Positions 24,310 through 33,744 of a DNA stretch of 64,000 nucleotides are shown here, one piece after another. The stretch covers positions 14,999 to 78,998 of the forward strand of contig DAINSI010000001.1 in assembly GCA_036741395.1 (NCBI GenBank), in the 5' to 3' direction. The translations under genes and the position numbers were made by a program. A model generated the notes under the pieces. It did no database searches and had not been told where the DNA came from. It saw only the letters and a list, made by a program, of their open reading frames with translations. Within the stretch, counting starts at the first letter, position 1. Every line of letters begins with the position of its first letter. This DNA is from Candidatus Dormiibacterota bacterium. Lineage in GTDB: Bacteria > Chloroflexota > Dormibacteria > DASZGP01.

Positions 24310-25662
24310 TCAGCGGTAGAGAAGCTCACGGATCTTGGCGACCTCGCTGCTGACCCGGGGGTCGTCCTGGCAGTCCTGGACGATCTTCTCGTAGGAGTGC
24401 AGAACGGTGGTGTGGTCGCGGCCGCCAAAGGCCTGGCCGATGGCCGGCAGTGACGACGCCGTCTCCTCGCGGATGATGAACATCGCCACCTGCCGTGGGA
24501 AGACGATGTGGCGGTCACGGCGCTTGCCGCACATCTCCTCGACGGAGAGGCCGTAGAAGTTGGCGACGACCTTCTTGATGCCGTCCACGGACAGCGAGCG
24601 GGTGTCGGCGGTGGGCAGGATGTCCTCGAGGACGCGCGCGGCGATCTCCATGGTCATGGGCTGGTGGGTGACCGAAGCGTAGGCCAGGACGCGGATCAGG
24701 GCGCCCTCCAGCTCGCGGATGTTGCGCTGGATCTTGTGGGCGATAAATGTCAGCACTTCCTCGGGGACGAGCCGGTTGTGGGGCCCGACCTTGGACTTGA
24801 GGATGGCCACGCGGGTCTCGAAGTCGGGGGGCTGGATGTCGGCGATCAGGCCGCCCTCAAAACGAGAGCGCAGGCGGTCCTCCAGGGTGGGGATCTCCTT
24901 GGGGGGGCGGTCCGAACTGATCACGATGTGGCGGTTCAGCTCGTGCAGCGCGTTAAAGGTGTGGAAGAACTCCTCCTGGGTGCGGTCCTTGCCGGCCAGG
25001 AACTGGATGTCGTCGATCAGCAGCACGTCGCAGTTGCGGTAGCGCTTGCGGAACTCGTTCATCGAGTTGCGCCGGATCGATTCGATCATCTCGTTCATGA
25101 ACCGCTCGCTGGTGACGTATGCGACCTTGCGGCGGCGGCCCTTCTTCATCACCGCGTGGCCGATGGCGTGCATCAGGTGGGTCTTGCCCAGGCCGACACC
25201 GCCGTACATGAAGAGGGGGTTGTAGGCCTCGCCGGGGGCATCGGCAACGGCGCGCGCCGCGGCGTGGGCGAAGCGGGAGTTGTGGCCCGGGACGAACGAG
25301 TCGAAGGTGAACTTGGGGTTCAGTTGGCTTGAGTGGGGATCGTACTCGGGCTCATCCATGACTGGGGTGTCATCGACGATCTCCTCGAAGACCTCCTCGA
25401 GGTGGCGCTGCTCGGTGACCTCGAAGGTCAGCTCGACGTCGCCGGCCATGATCGCGCTGAGGGTCTCTTTGATCAGCGCCTGGTAGCGATCCTCGAGCCA
25501 GTCCTTGGCGAGCTTGGTGGGGACGCCGATGTGGAAGGAGCGCCCGTCGAGCGAGATCAGACGGGTGTTCTTCAGCCAGGCCTCGTAGCTGGGCTTGGCG
25601 ATCTGGTAGCGCCACTCCTCCTGGGCCGCCTGCCAGATGTTTTCGGCGTTTACTTCCTGCAC
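24310..25662 (-). CDS. dnaA: Chromosomal replication initiator DnaA
   Basis: 450-aa ORF with a GTG start. Motifs are NPLFMYGGVGLGKTHLMHAIG, LLIDDIQFLAGK, SDRPP and a C-terminal DNA-binding domain with HTTVLHSYEKI. Confidence 0.97.
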   Translation of the reverse strand: MQEVNAENIWQAAQEEWRYQIAKPSYEAWLKNTRLISLDGRSFHIGVPTKLAKDWLEDRYQALIKETLSAIMAGDVELTFEVTEQRHLEEVFEEIVDDTPVMDEPEYDPHSSQLNPKFTFDSFVPGHNSRFAHAAARAVADAPGEAYNPLFMYGGVGLGKTHLMHAIGHAVMKKGRRRKVAYVTSERFMNEMIESIRRNSMNEFRKRYRNCDVLLIDDIQFLAGKDRTQEEFFHTFNALHELNRHIVISSDRPPKEIPTLEDRLRSRFEGGLIADIQPPDFETRVAILKSKVGPHNRLVPEEVLTFIAHKIQRNIRELEGALIRVLAYASVTHQPMTMEIAARVLEDILPTADTRSLSVDGIKKVVANFYGLSVEEMCGKRRDRHIVFPRQVAMFIIREETASSLPAIGQAFGGRDHTTVLHSYEKIVQDCQDDPRVSSEVAKIRELLYR

Positions 25663-25689
25663 TTTAAAGGCCTTCCCCCCGCTTCCGAC

Positions 25690-25753
25690 TTATCCACAGT
25701 TACGCCCTGGAGGTGGAAAACTGAACCTGAGCGCGGGCTTGGGGTGTGGACAA
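25690..25753. promoter_or_regulatory. Cluster of three DnaA boxes in the dnaA-rpmH spacer
   Basis: A perfect TTATCCACA lies at 25690-25698. GGTGGAAAA at 25712-25720 is TTTTCCACC in reverse complement (7/9). TGTGGACAA at 25745-25753 is TTGTCCACA in reverse complement (8/9). Confidence 0.6.
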
Positions 25754-25934
25754 CCTGTTCATCCCGCCGCCTTTCATTTCCCCTGGGGCCGGTGAAGCAT
25801 AGCGATGCGTCCGGGGCCCTGCAAGTGGCGAAAATCCGTTCGTGGGAGACCCTCACGGAGGCCTCGAGCGCGCCCCCGCGCAAGGGTGGTGAACAGGGTG
25901 GTGAAGCGGTCACCCGATATACTCCTCCGGCCTT

Positions 25935-26090
25935 ATGAAACGCACGTTCCAGCCCAAGAAGCTCCACCGCCGGCGCGTCCACGGGTTCCTGACCCGCATG
26001 GCCTCTCCTGGTGGCGTCCGCGTGATCAAGGCTCGCCGGTTCAAGGGGCGCAAGCGCCTGACCCCCGGCGGCCGCAAGCTCCTCCCCTAG
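25935..26090 (+). CDS. rpmH: 50S ribosomal protein L34
   Basis: 51-aa ORF below the track cutoff: [51 protein letters not shown], ending in TAG. Confidence 0.95.
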   Translation: MKRTFQPKKLHRRRVHGFLTRMASPGGVRVIKARRFKGRKRLTPGGRKLLP

Positions 26091-26107
26091 GCGCAGGGGC
26101 CTTCCTC

Positions 26108-26440
26108 ATGCTGGCGCGGTTGCGCCTGCGACGTGGCATGGACTTCCGCCACGTCTACTCCAGCCGCCAGGCCCGGCACGGCAGGCTGATGGTGGTGCAC
26201 TGGCGGGACAACGCGCTGGACCATCCCCGGGTCGGGTTCTCGATCTCCACCAGGGTCGGCGACGCCGTTGCCCGCAACCTCGTCAAGCGGCGGCTGCGGG
26301 AGATCTCGAGGCCGGTCCTGGAGCGATCCGACCGGGGCGTCGACCTGGTGGTGGTGGCCCGCCCGGCGGCGGCGGCGGCGGGGTTCGCTGAACTCGATGC
26401 TGAATTCGGGGCCCTGGCGGCCGCGGTGCTAGGCTTGTGA
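26108..26440 (+). CDS. rnpA: Ribonuclease P protein component
   Basis: 110 aa from the ATG at 26108, inside track ORF 25805-26440. It carries GFSISTRVGDAVARNLVKRRLRE (RNR-type motif) and follows rpmH. Confidence 0.9.
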   Translation: MLARLRLRRGMDFRHVYSSRQARHGRLMVVHWRDNALDHPRVGFSISTRVGDAVARNLVKRRLREISRPVLERSDRGVDLVVVARPAAAAAGFAELDAEFGALAAAVLGL

Positions 26441-26447
26441 AAACTCG

Positions 26448-26663
26448 ATGGCCCGTGTTTCCCTCGTCCTGATCCGGGCCTGGCAGCTCACCCTCGGGCC
26501 CGTCCTAGGCGTCCTAGGCGGCTGCCGCTACCACCCGAGCTGCTCTCACTACGGGTACGAGGCCATCCACAAATATGGGTTCTTCAAAGGCTGGAAGCTC
26601 ACGGTGTGGCGGATTCTCCGCTGCAACCCGTTCACCACGGGGGGCTATGACCCGGTGCCCTGA
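26448..26663 (+). CDS. yidD: Membrane protein insertion efficiency factor YidD
   Basis: 71-aa ORF with CRYHPSCSHYGYEAIHKYG and RILRCNPF. Confidence 0.9.
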   Translation: MARVSLVLIRAWQLTLGPVLGVLGGCRYHPSCSHYGYEAIHKYGFFKGWKLTVWRILRCNPFTTGGYDPVP

Positions 26664-26675
26664 TTTGGCCTGCCA

Positions 26676-27665
26676 GTGACGCTGACCAGCCTGGTCATCG
26701 CCGCGAGCAGCCCCCTCAACTTCCTGAAGCCGATCGGCGATGCCATCGGCCTGCTCAAGATCCCCTTCACCTTCGTCCTCAGCCACCTCTACGACGTCTT
26801 CAACGCGGTCGGCCCGCTCCGCGCCATCGGCGCCTACGGCCTGGCGGTCATCTTCCTCACCGTCATGATCAAGCTCTGCCTCTTCCCGCTCTACCAGAAG
26901 CAGCTGACGATGTCCAAGAAAACCCAGGCGGAGCAGCGGCGCGTGGCCCCCGAGCTGGCGGCTCTGCGCAAGAAGTACAAGGGGAAGACCACCACCCAGG
27001 AGTTCATCCAGGCCCAGCAGGGCCTGTACAAGGAGCACGGCATCAACCCCCTCGGCGGGCTCGCCGGCTGCCTGCCGACCCTCGCCCAGCTGCCGATCCT
27101 GATCGGCCTCTACCAGTCGATCTACAACTTCCACGGCAACGTCGACCCCCACTTCCTCTGGATCGCCGACCTCACCCACCCGGCGTCCTACACGCATCCC
27201 ATCACCTGGATCCTGCCCGCGCTGGCCGGCATGACCACGTTCGTCCAGTCGAAGATGATGACGCCTGCGCCGGCGGCCAAGGGGGATGACTCCCAGGCCG
27301 CCCAGATGGCCCAGATGAGCTCGACGATGAGCCTGATCATGCCCGTGGTGATCGTGTACTTCGCCTTCAACTCGCGGATCGGACAGGGGCTGGTCCTCTA
27401 CTGGGTGATCAGCAACCTGTTCTCGATCGGGCAGCAGTACTTCGTCAACGGCTGGGGCCAGCTGCCCATCCTGGGCACCAAGCCCGAGCCGATGGCGGCC
27501 CCCGCGGGCAACCGCAACGGCAGGGGCAATGGCAAGGCAAGTAACAGCGGGAGCGACGTGCGCGGCACGGCGGACATCACCGGCAACGGCAACGGCAGCA
27601 ACGGCAACGGCTCGGGGGGCGGGCGCAAGCAGCCGGCCGGAGGCAGGCGCAACAAGCGCCGTTAG
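26676..27665 (+). CDS. yidC: YidC/Oxa1-family membrane protein insertase with an Asn/Gly/Arg-rich tail
   Basis: 329-aa ORF with multiple TM helices. It carries PLYQKQLTMSKKTQAEQRRVAPELAALRKKY and GCLPTLAQLPILIGLY and sits in the conserved position after yidD. Confidence 0.9.
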   Translation: MTLTSLVIAASSPLNFLKPIGDAIGLLKIPFTFVLSHLYDVFNAVGPLRAIGAYGLAVIFLTVMIKLCLFPLYQKQLTMSKKTQAEQRRVAPELAALRKKYKGKTTTQEFIQAQQGLYKEHGINPLGGLAGCLPTLAQLPILIGLYQSIYNFHGNVDPHFLWIADLTHPASYTHPITWILPALAGMTTFVQSKMMTPAPAAKGDDSQAAQMAQMSSTMSLIMPVVIVYFAFNSRIGQGLVLYWVISNLFSIGQQYFVNGWGQLPILGTKPEPMAAPAGNRNGRGNGKASNSGSDVRGTADITGNGNGSNGNGSGGGRKQPAGGRRNKRR

Positions 27666-27719
27666 GCGCACCAGAACAAACCCGCCCGGCCAGACCGCCG
27701 GGCGTGAGGGAGACCGAAT

Positions 27720-28448
27720 ATGCCTTCAATCGAGACCACCGGCAAGACCATTGAGGAGGCGCTTGACGGCGCCCTCACCCAGCTCCAGGTGCCCCCGGAG
27801 CGCGTCGAGGTCGAGGTGCTGCAGGAGCCCAGCGGCGGCGTGCTGGGGATGGGGGGCACCGAGGCCAAGATCCGGGTCACCGTGCTGCGGGCGCACGCCC
27901 TGGTGGCAGAGCGGCTGCTGGTGGAGGTGCTCGAGCGCATGGGTATCGAGGCCAGCGTCGAGCACCGCCTCGACGGCCGCGACGAGGGTCCCGCGATCAT
28001 CGACATCCGGGGCGCCGACCTCGGGGCGCTGATCGGCTGGCGGGGCGACACCCTGCGCGCGCTCCAGTTGCTGCTCAACAACATGGTCCGGCGGGAGATG
28101 CCCGAGTCCGAACCCGTGGTCCTGGACATCGAGCGCTACCGCGCCCGGCGCGAGGACTCCGTCCGCGACCTGGCGCTGCGCGTGGCCGACCGCGCCAAGC
28201 AGAACCAGGAGCGCATCGGGCTTGAGCCGATGCAGCCCTTCGAGCGCCGGGCGGTCCACACCGCGCTGGCCGACGATCCCGAGGTGACCACCGAGAGCGA
28301 GGGCGAGGAGCCTGATCGCCGGGTCGTGATCAGCCCGCTGAACCCCCGTCGACAGGAGGTCGTGAACTACGGCAACCGGCGGACCATGGAGGGCGGCGAC
28401 CGCGGCCGCGGTGGCTTCGGCGGTGGCGGCGGCCGAGGACCCCGCTAG
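27720..28448 (+). CDS. jag: Jag/KhpB RNA-binding protein (Jag_N-KH-R3H) with an RGG-type tail
   Basis: 242-aa ORF with GGAG-type SD. The N-terminus reads ETTGKTIEEALDGALTQL, the KH-like motif GADLGALIGWRGDTLRALQ, and the R3H motif ERRAVHTAL. It follows yidC. Confidence 0.85.
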   Translation: MPSIETTGKTIEEALDGALTQLQVPPERVEVEVLQEPSGGVLGMGGTEAKIRVTVLRAHALVAERLLVEVLERMGIEASVEHRLDGRDEGPAIIDIRGADLGALIGWRGDTLRALQLLLNNMVRREMPESEPVVLDIERYRARREDSVRDLALRVADRAKQNQERIGLEPMQPFERRAVHTALADDPEVTTESEGEEPDRRVVISPLNPRRQEVVNYGNRRTMEGGDRGRGGFGGGGGRGPR

Positions 28449-28484
28449 GGCCATCCTGACCTCACCGTCAGGCTGAGCCAGGTC

Positions 28485-29111
28485 GTGGCCGAGCGCAGCT
28501 TTGTGCCCGACGATCCCGACTGCGTCTTCTGCGCCCAGGCAGCTCAACCGGTCGCGCTGCGCCGTGGCCGGCACGTTCACACCATCCCCGATCTCTACCC
28601 GGTGGTACCCGGGCACCTCCTCCTGGTCAGCCGCGAGCACCTGCCCAGCTACGGTGCGGCGTCGCCGGTGGTCACCGAAGAGCTCCAGTCCGAGGCCGAC
28701 CTGGCGATGCGCTTCGTCCACCAGAGCTACGGGGTCGAGCCGCTGCTCTGGGAGAACGGCGGCGCGGGCCAGACCGTCTTCCATGCCCACCTCCACGTGA
28801 TGCCGGTGGCGCTGCACGAGCTCGAGGAGGTGATCGAGTCCGAGCACATGACGGAGGTGGGCGGCTGGGACGACGTGCGCCGTCACTGGGAGGCGGGCGG
28901 CTCGTACCACTACCTGCAGTTCCGGGGCCACCGCCGCCTCGCCGAGGGCAACGGCGCGGCCAACTGGGAGTTCCGGCGCCGGGTGGCGATCGCCGCCGGG
29001 CTGCGCTACCAGGGCGGGCGCTGGGTCCGGCCCACCACCGCGGATGACGTCGGTGATGTCCAGCGCCGCTGGGGGGAGTGGGTAGGCGTCGCGGGGGAGA
29101 CCTCCGGCTAG
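28485..29111 (+). CDS. HIT-family nucleotide hydrolase/transferase
   Basis: 208-aa ORF with the histidine triad HAHLHVMP. Confidence 0.75.
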   Translation: MAERSFVPDDPDCVFCAQAAQPVALRRGRHVHTIPDLYPVVPGHLLLVSREHLPSYGAASPVVTEELQSEADLAMRFVHQSYGVEPLLWENGGAGQTVFHAHLHVMPVALHELEEVIESEHMTEVGGWDDVRRHWEAGGSYHYLQFRGHRRLAEGNGAANWEFRRRVAIAAGLRYQGGRWVRPTTADDVGDVQRRWGEWVGVAGETSG

Positions 29112-29422
29112 TTCCGGAGCCCCTCCCTGCCGGCCATCACCTCCAGGGCGACGGCGTCGGCGGGCTCGCCGTCGTCGAGCAGGTCCCGCGCCTCGTGGAA
29201 GTGCTTTCGGGCGGCCACCAGCCGGGCCTTCCAGGTTCCACGATTGGCGGTGGTCAGCTCGGCGCAGGTTGTCTCGAGCCGTCCCAGGGCCTCGGCGAGC
29301 TCCTGGAGGTCGGCGTCGCTGTCGTCCCCGGAGAGGCGCAGCGCCACCACCTCGGCGGCGTCGCGAAGCGCGGCGACGCCTTCACTGGCGCTGTTTCGGG
29401 CCGCGGGGCGAGAAGAGGGCAC
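29108..29422 (-). CDS. Hypothetical helical protein
   Basis: 104-aa ORF that fits exactly between its neighbours. No motif was recognised. Confidence 0.4.
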   Translation of the reverse strand: MPSSRPAARNSASEGVAALRDAAEVVALRLSGDDSDADLQELAEALGRLETTCAELTTANRGTWKARLVAARKHFHEARDLLDDGEPADAVALEVMAGREGLRN

Positions 29423-29441
29423 GCCGGTATAGTAAGTTCCG

Positions 29442-30737
29442 ATGCCCTCCAGCGAAATGGTGGCTTCAGGTCACACCCTGGAGGTCCTCGATTCCGGCGC
29501 GCGGTTGATCACCGCGCCGATGGCCGCGCGAGCGTCGGTCAGCGTCGCCCTGATGTTCAGCGTGGGCTCCCGTTATGAGTCCAGGGAGCTGGCCGGGATC
29601 AGCCATTTCGTGGAGCACATGCTCTTCAAGGGCTCCGACCAGTACCCCGGCTCCAAGGAGATTGCCGAGGCCATCGAGGGCATCGGCGGAGAGCTCAACG
29701 CGGCCACCGACAAGGAGGCCACGATGTACTGGGCGCGGGTCTCCGGTGACCGCCTCAAGGAGGCCGTCTCAGTTCTCTGCGACATGGTGCTGCACCCGTT
29801 GATGCAGCCCGAGGAGGTCGATAAGGAGCGCGAGGTGATCATCGAGGAGCTGCGGATGTACCGCGACTCCCCGGGCGACCACGTCCACACCGTCTTCGAG
29901 GAGATGATGTGGCCCGACCATCCCCTCGGGGTGGACATCGCGGGCACCGAGGAGAACCTCCCGGGCGTCGACGGCGACCGCATGCGCGAGCACCTGCTGA
30001 CCCACTACGCCGCCCAGAACCTGGTGGTGGTGATCGCGGGCAACGTCGATCCCCAGGAGGCGCTGCACGTGACCGCGCCCTATCTCGACGGCTGGCGCCG
30101 CGGCGAGCGCGCCGCCTTCCCCGCCGCCGCACCGCTGGGCGGCGACGTCGGGGTCCAGGTCGTCCAGCGCCCCACCGAGCAGGTGCACCTGGTGGTGGGC
30201 ACGCGGTGCATCGACTACTTCCACCCCGACCGCTACGCCATCGACATGATGAACACCGTCCTGGGCGAGGGGATGAGCTCGCGGCTGTTCCTCGAGGTCC
30301 GCGAGAAGCGCGGGCTCTGTTACGACGTCCACTCGTGGGCCGGGAAGATGGCCGACACCGGGTCGGCCGGGGTCTACATAGGCACCGACCCCAACCGCGC
30401 CGACGAGGCGCTCAAGGCCGTGATGCACGAGCTCCACCGCATCGCCGAGGAGCCCGTCGGCAGCGACGAGCTGGAGAAGGCGCGGGCCTACCTCAAGGGG
30501 CGGATGGTGCTGCGCCTGGAGAGCACCGGCGCGGTCTCGACCTGGTTGGGGGGGCAGGAACTCCTGACCGGGCGGATCATCGAGATGGAGGAGACCCTGG
30601 CGTCCCTCGACCGCGTCACCGCTGAGGACGTGACGCGCCTGGCGCGGGAGACATATGCGGAACAGCCGATGCGGCTGGCGGCCATCGGGCCGCTCAGGAA
30701 CGAGGACGGGCTGCCCGGACTCATCAATTGGAGCTGA
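29442..30737 (+). CDS. M16 (pitrilysin) family zinc peptidase
   Basis: 431-aa ORF with the inverted zinc motif HFVEHMLFKG and a downstream REVIIEE. Confidence 0.9.
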   Translation: MPSSEMVASGHTLEVLDSGARLITAPMAARASVSVALMFSVGSRYESRELAGISHFVEHMLFKGSDQYPGSKEIAEAIEGIGGELNAATDKEATMYWARVSGDRLKEAVSVLCDMVLHPLMQPEEVDKEREVIIEELRMYRDSPGDHVHTVFEEMMWPDHPLGVDIAGTEENLPGVDGDRMREHLLTHYAAQNLVVVIAGNVDPQEALHVTAPYLDGWRRGERAAFPAAAPLGGDVGVQVVQRPTEQVHLVVGTRCIDYFHPDRYAIDMMNTVLGEGMSSRLFLEVREKRGLCYDVHSWAGKMADTGSAGVYIGTDPNRADEALKAVMHELHRIAEEPVGSDELEKARAYLKGRMVLRLESTGAVSTWLGGQELLTGRIIEMEETLASLDRVTAEDVTRLARETYAEQPMRLAAIGPLRNEDGLPGLINWS

Positions 30738-30773
30738 CAACATGAGCGACAGGATCTCTTCTCATCCTCTGAA

Positions 30774-32156
30774 GTGACCCGCTCCCTCGTACGTTGGCGC
30801 GCTTGGATAGAAGTCAGACCCCATGGACTCGCGCTAACCGCGACTGGGGAGATGGTGGTGGCTGGCGGACTGGGGTGGCATGCTCTGGGCGCCCGTGGGC
30901 TCTGGTTTGACGAGGCCCTGGGCTGGGTCCTGGCCGACACCACCTGGACCTTCTTCACCAACGCGATAACGGGTCGCTTCATGGGTTCTGGTTTGTATTA
31001 CGCCCTCCTGCGCTCATGGTCGGTTTTTGGGGACAGCGAGGTCGCAATGCGATCGCTATCCGTGGTGTTCGTGGTGGCTACGCTGCCGGTTCTGGTGGTT
31101 CTCGCTCGCGAGCTATTCGGAGGCTTCGCCGCGGCGGCCGCCGGACTGGCGTGGGCGTTCGACCCTTTCGCCCTGTATTACGCTCAGGAGGCCCGACCCT
31201 ACGCGATGGTGATGTTCCTGGCGGTTCTGGCGTCTCTCTTCTTCCGTCGTGCCGTCGCCACCGGTGGCAGAGGCAATTGGATGGTCTACGTTCTGATCGT
31301 CCTGGGGCTTGCGTACACCCAGACCCTCTGTCTCCTCCTTGTGGCGGCCCACCTCGCCACGGTCCCCCTGCACAGTCGCCGTCCAGTACGACAAGCGTGG
31401 TTAGCAGGGCTGGCGATCCTCCTTGGACTGCTCCCCCTCGCCCGGTCGTTCATCCGCGGCGCTACTCAGGGTTTCGACTTCATCCCACCGCTTTCCCTCC
31501 GCGGCTTCCTGGCCGCCATCGCCGTCGTCGCTGGCGGCCAGCGATGGCTCGTCGCGCTTCTGGCGCTCGTCGCCACCGCAATCATCGCGGCGCTTCTGAG
31601 GGAGGGAGTCGGTCCTCTGATGCGCTGGGAATTCGGCTTTCTCGGAGCGTGGATGCTGGTGCCGCTACTCCTCCTGGGTCTGCTCTCTCTTCGCATTCCA
31701 TTATTCATACCGCGCTACCTCGCCGAGATCGCGCCTGCCGTCGCCATTCTCGTGGGATTGGTGATCTCGCGGCAGAGTCCAGTTGCTCGTTCTCTGCTAC
31801 TGGTCGCGGTCGCAGCCCTAGGGTTGAACAGCGCCCGCAGCTACTACCCGATTCGGAAGCAGGATTGGCGTGAGGCCACCGGCTTCATCGCCGCCAACGT
31901 GCAGCCTGGCGATCGGCTCATCGCAGACCCGGGGTGGGCTCTGAGCGGCACTTACTATTACTTCAGGGCACTTCCGAACAGTCAAGCACTGGCCGACCTA
32001 ACTTCGGCACCGCGTCCAAGCCACCGCACGTGGCTCATCCGGCTCGATGGTGCCGCGGCGCCGGGAGCCACGCCACCTTCCGCCGATCCGGGCTCGCACT
32101 TGGTGGTGCGACGCCATTACAGCGGTCTGGAGGTTGACCTTCTGAAGGTCAATTGA
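30774..32156 (+). CDS. Polytopic GT-C membrane glycosyltransferase, GT39/ArnT-like
   Basis: 460-aa ORF with about 10 predicted TM helices. An N-terminal loop reads GLWFDEA, and there is a C-terminal soluble domain. Confidence 0.65.
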   Translation: MTRSLVRWRAWIEVRPHGLALTATGEMVVAGGLGWHALGARGLWFDEALGWVLADTTWTFFTNAITGRFMGSGLYYALLRSWSVFGDSEVAMRSLSVVFVVATLPVLVVLARELFGGFAAAAAGLAWAFDPFALYYAQEARPYAMVMFLAVLASLFFRRAVATGGRGNWMVYVLIVLGLAYTQTLCLLLVAAHLATVPLHSRRPVRQAWLAGLAILLGLLPLARSFIRGATQGFDFIPPLSLRGFLAAIAVVAGGQRWLVALLALVATAIIAALLREGVGPLMRWEFGFLGAWMLVPLLLLGLLSLRIPLFIPRYLAEIAPAVAILVGLVISRQSPVARSLLLVAVAALGLNSARSYYPIRKQDWREATGFIAANVQPGDRLIADPGWALSGTYYYFRALPNSQALADLTSAPRPSHRTWLIRLDGAAAPGATPPSADPGSHLVVRRHYSGLEVDLLKVN

Positions 32157-32237
32157 ATACGACGCCATATTATTCACCTGACTTGCTGGACACCCAAGAG
32201 GACCGCCTGGGCGGCCCCACCAACTGGAGCTGAAAAC

Positions 32238-32693
32238 ATGAGCGAACAGACACTCGTGTTGGTGAAGCCGGACGGCGTGCAGCGCGGCCTGGTCGGCGAG
32301 ATCATCGGCCGCATGGAGCGCAAGGGCCTGCGGCTGCACGCGCTGAAGATGATGAAGATGGACGAGGCCCGGGCCCAGCGGCACTATTCCGAGCATCTCG
32401 AGAAGCCCTTCTTCAAGGACCTGGCGGCCTTCATCACCTCCGGACCGCTGGTGGCGATGGTGCTGGTGGGCCCCAACGCGGTCAGCAACGTGCGCCAGAT
32501 GATGGGCGTGACCGACCCTGCCAAGTCGGCGCCGGGGACCATCCGTGGCGACCACGGGCTGACGATCGGGATGAACCTGATCCACGGCTCGGATTCCCCG
32601 GAGCGGGCCAAGCAGGAGATCGAGATCTTCTTCGAGCCCGCGGAGGTGCTGGAGTACAGCCGAGACGTCGAGCGCTGGATTTTGGAGGGCTGA
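32238..32693 (+). CDS. ndk: Nucleoside diphosphate kinase
   Basis: 151-aa ORF with TLVLVKPDGVQRGLVGEIIGR and NLIHGSDS (active-site His). Confidence 0.95.
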   Translation: MSEQTLVLVKPDGVQRGLVGEIIGRMERKGLRLHALKMMKMDEARAQRHYSEHLEKPFFKDLAAFITSGPLVAMVLVGPNAVSNVRQMMGVTDPAKSAPGTIRGDHGLTIGMNLIHGSDSPERAKQEIEIFFEPAEVLEYSRDVERWILEG

Positions 32694-32848
32694 GATGAGC
32701 GCGGACACCCTGGAGGTGGCCAGGAGGCCCCCGACCTGGGCTTTGCCAACCGGGGCACCTTCGTGATCGACCGGGAGGGCAGGGTGGCCCACGTCGTCGT
32801 CACGTCGGTGGACGAGTACCTCGAGGCCCTGGCGTTGTGTCCGAGCTG
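32694..32848 (+). pseudogene. C-terminal remnant of a peroxiredoxin/Bcp-like (AhpC-TSA) gene
   Basis: It is in the same frame as ndk, immediately after its TGA: DERGHPGGGQEAPDLGFANRGTFVIDREGRVAHVVVTSVDEYLEALALCPS. RGTFVIDREGRV...EALA is the typical C-terminal strand-helix of Bcp-type peroxiredoxins. No start codon and no N-terminal catalytic part are present. Confidence 0.4.
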
Positions 32849-32865
32849 ACCGTGAACCGCCTCAG

Positions 32866-33744
32866 GTGAAAGTGCTCGTCGCGGGGCCGGGGCGCTCTGG
32901 GACGACGTGGGTCGGGGAGGCGCTGTCGGCAGCACTCCGTTCCGCTTACGTGCACGAGCCGGATAACCCGGTGTTGGAAAAAACCGCCCAGGACATGGTG
33001 GCCTCGTGCGGGCTATGGCCCTTGGTTGCCGTCGGGGACGATCGCCCCATCTATGCACATGTCTGGGGGCGAGCCTTCGCCGTCCGCCCGTCCCTTGGAA
33101 CGACGCCCGTGAGCCTGAGGCATCGCCTGGCCATCGTCGCAGGCCGCCATGGTATCCAGCGGCGCCGCGATGTCGTCGTCAAGAGCGCCTACTGCGCGTT
33201 CTCCCTCGAATGGATTGCCGAGCGTTTCCGCCCCGCGATGGTGCTCGTTCGCAGGAACCCGTTGAACCTGGTGGCGAGCTGGCTTCAAATGGGCTGGCAT
33301 GTCAGGCCCGACCTCTACGGCCAGGAAAGCGAGATCGTGCGGGCCATCGTGAACCCCATGGGCCTACCCGACAAGCCTGGCGGATCGGAGGTCACCCTGC
33401 TCTCATGGTGGATCGCCCTCCAGCTTGAAGTCCAGGAAAGGGTTGCCGCGAGGCATCCCGAGTGGACGTTGCTGTCGCATGACGAGGCGTGTCGAGACCC
33501 CCTCGAGGCATTCGCGGCGGTTACCAGGAGGTTGGGGCGCGGTGATGTCGACCGGCTGGCGCAGTACCTCGCCCAGGCGAACCAGGCCGGGTCGGGTTTC
33601 CAAACGCGGCGGGTGACGGCGGACCAGCCGGCGAATTGGAAGAGCTTCTTGAGTGCGGAGCATGTTGCCGAGGCGCGAACCGTCTTCGGTTCATTTCCCG
33701 CTTCCAAATGGAGAATCGAGTTGGAGCAGGCCCTCAGTTCTTGA
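32866..33744 (+). CDS. Sulfotransferase-family protein
   Basis: 292-aa ORF with a GTG start. The N-terminal PGRSGTTW resembles the PAPS 5-prime-phosphosulfate-binding loop (PKxGTTW). Confidence 0.6.
   Translation: MKVLVAGPGRSGTTWVGEALSAALRSAYVHEPDNPVLEKTAQDMVASCGLWPLVAVGDDRPIYAHVWGRAFAVRPSLGTTPVSLRHRLAIVAGRHGIQRRRDVVVKSAYCAFSLEWIAERFRPAMVLVRRNPLNLVASWLQMGWHVRPDLYGQESEIVRAIVNPMGLPDKPGGSEVTLLSWWIALQLEVQERVAARHPEWTLLSHDEACRDPLEAFAAVTRRLGRGDVDRLAQYLAQANQAGSGFQTRRVTADQPANWKSFLSAEHVAEARTVFGSFPASKWRIELEQALSS

Noticed and set aside
25890-25934. rpmH promoter call (TATACT at 25918-25923)
   Set aside because: The -10-like hexamer is plausible and would give a very short leader. No acceptable -35 sits at 16-18 nt, so it is not reported as a feature.
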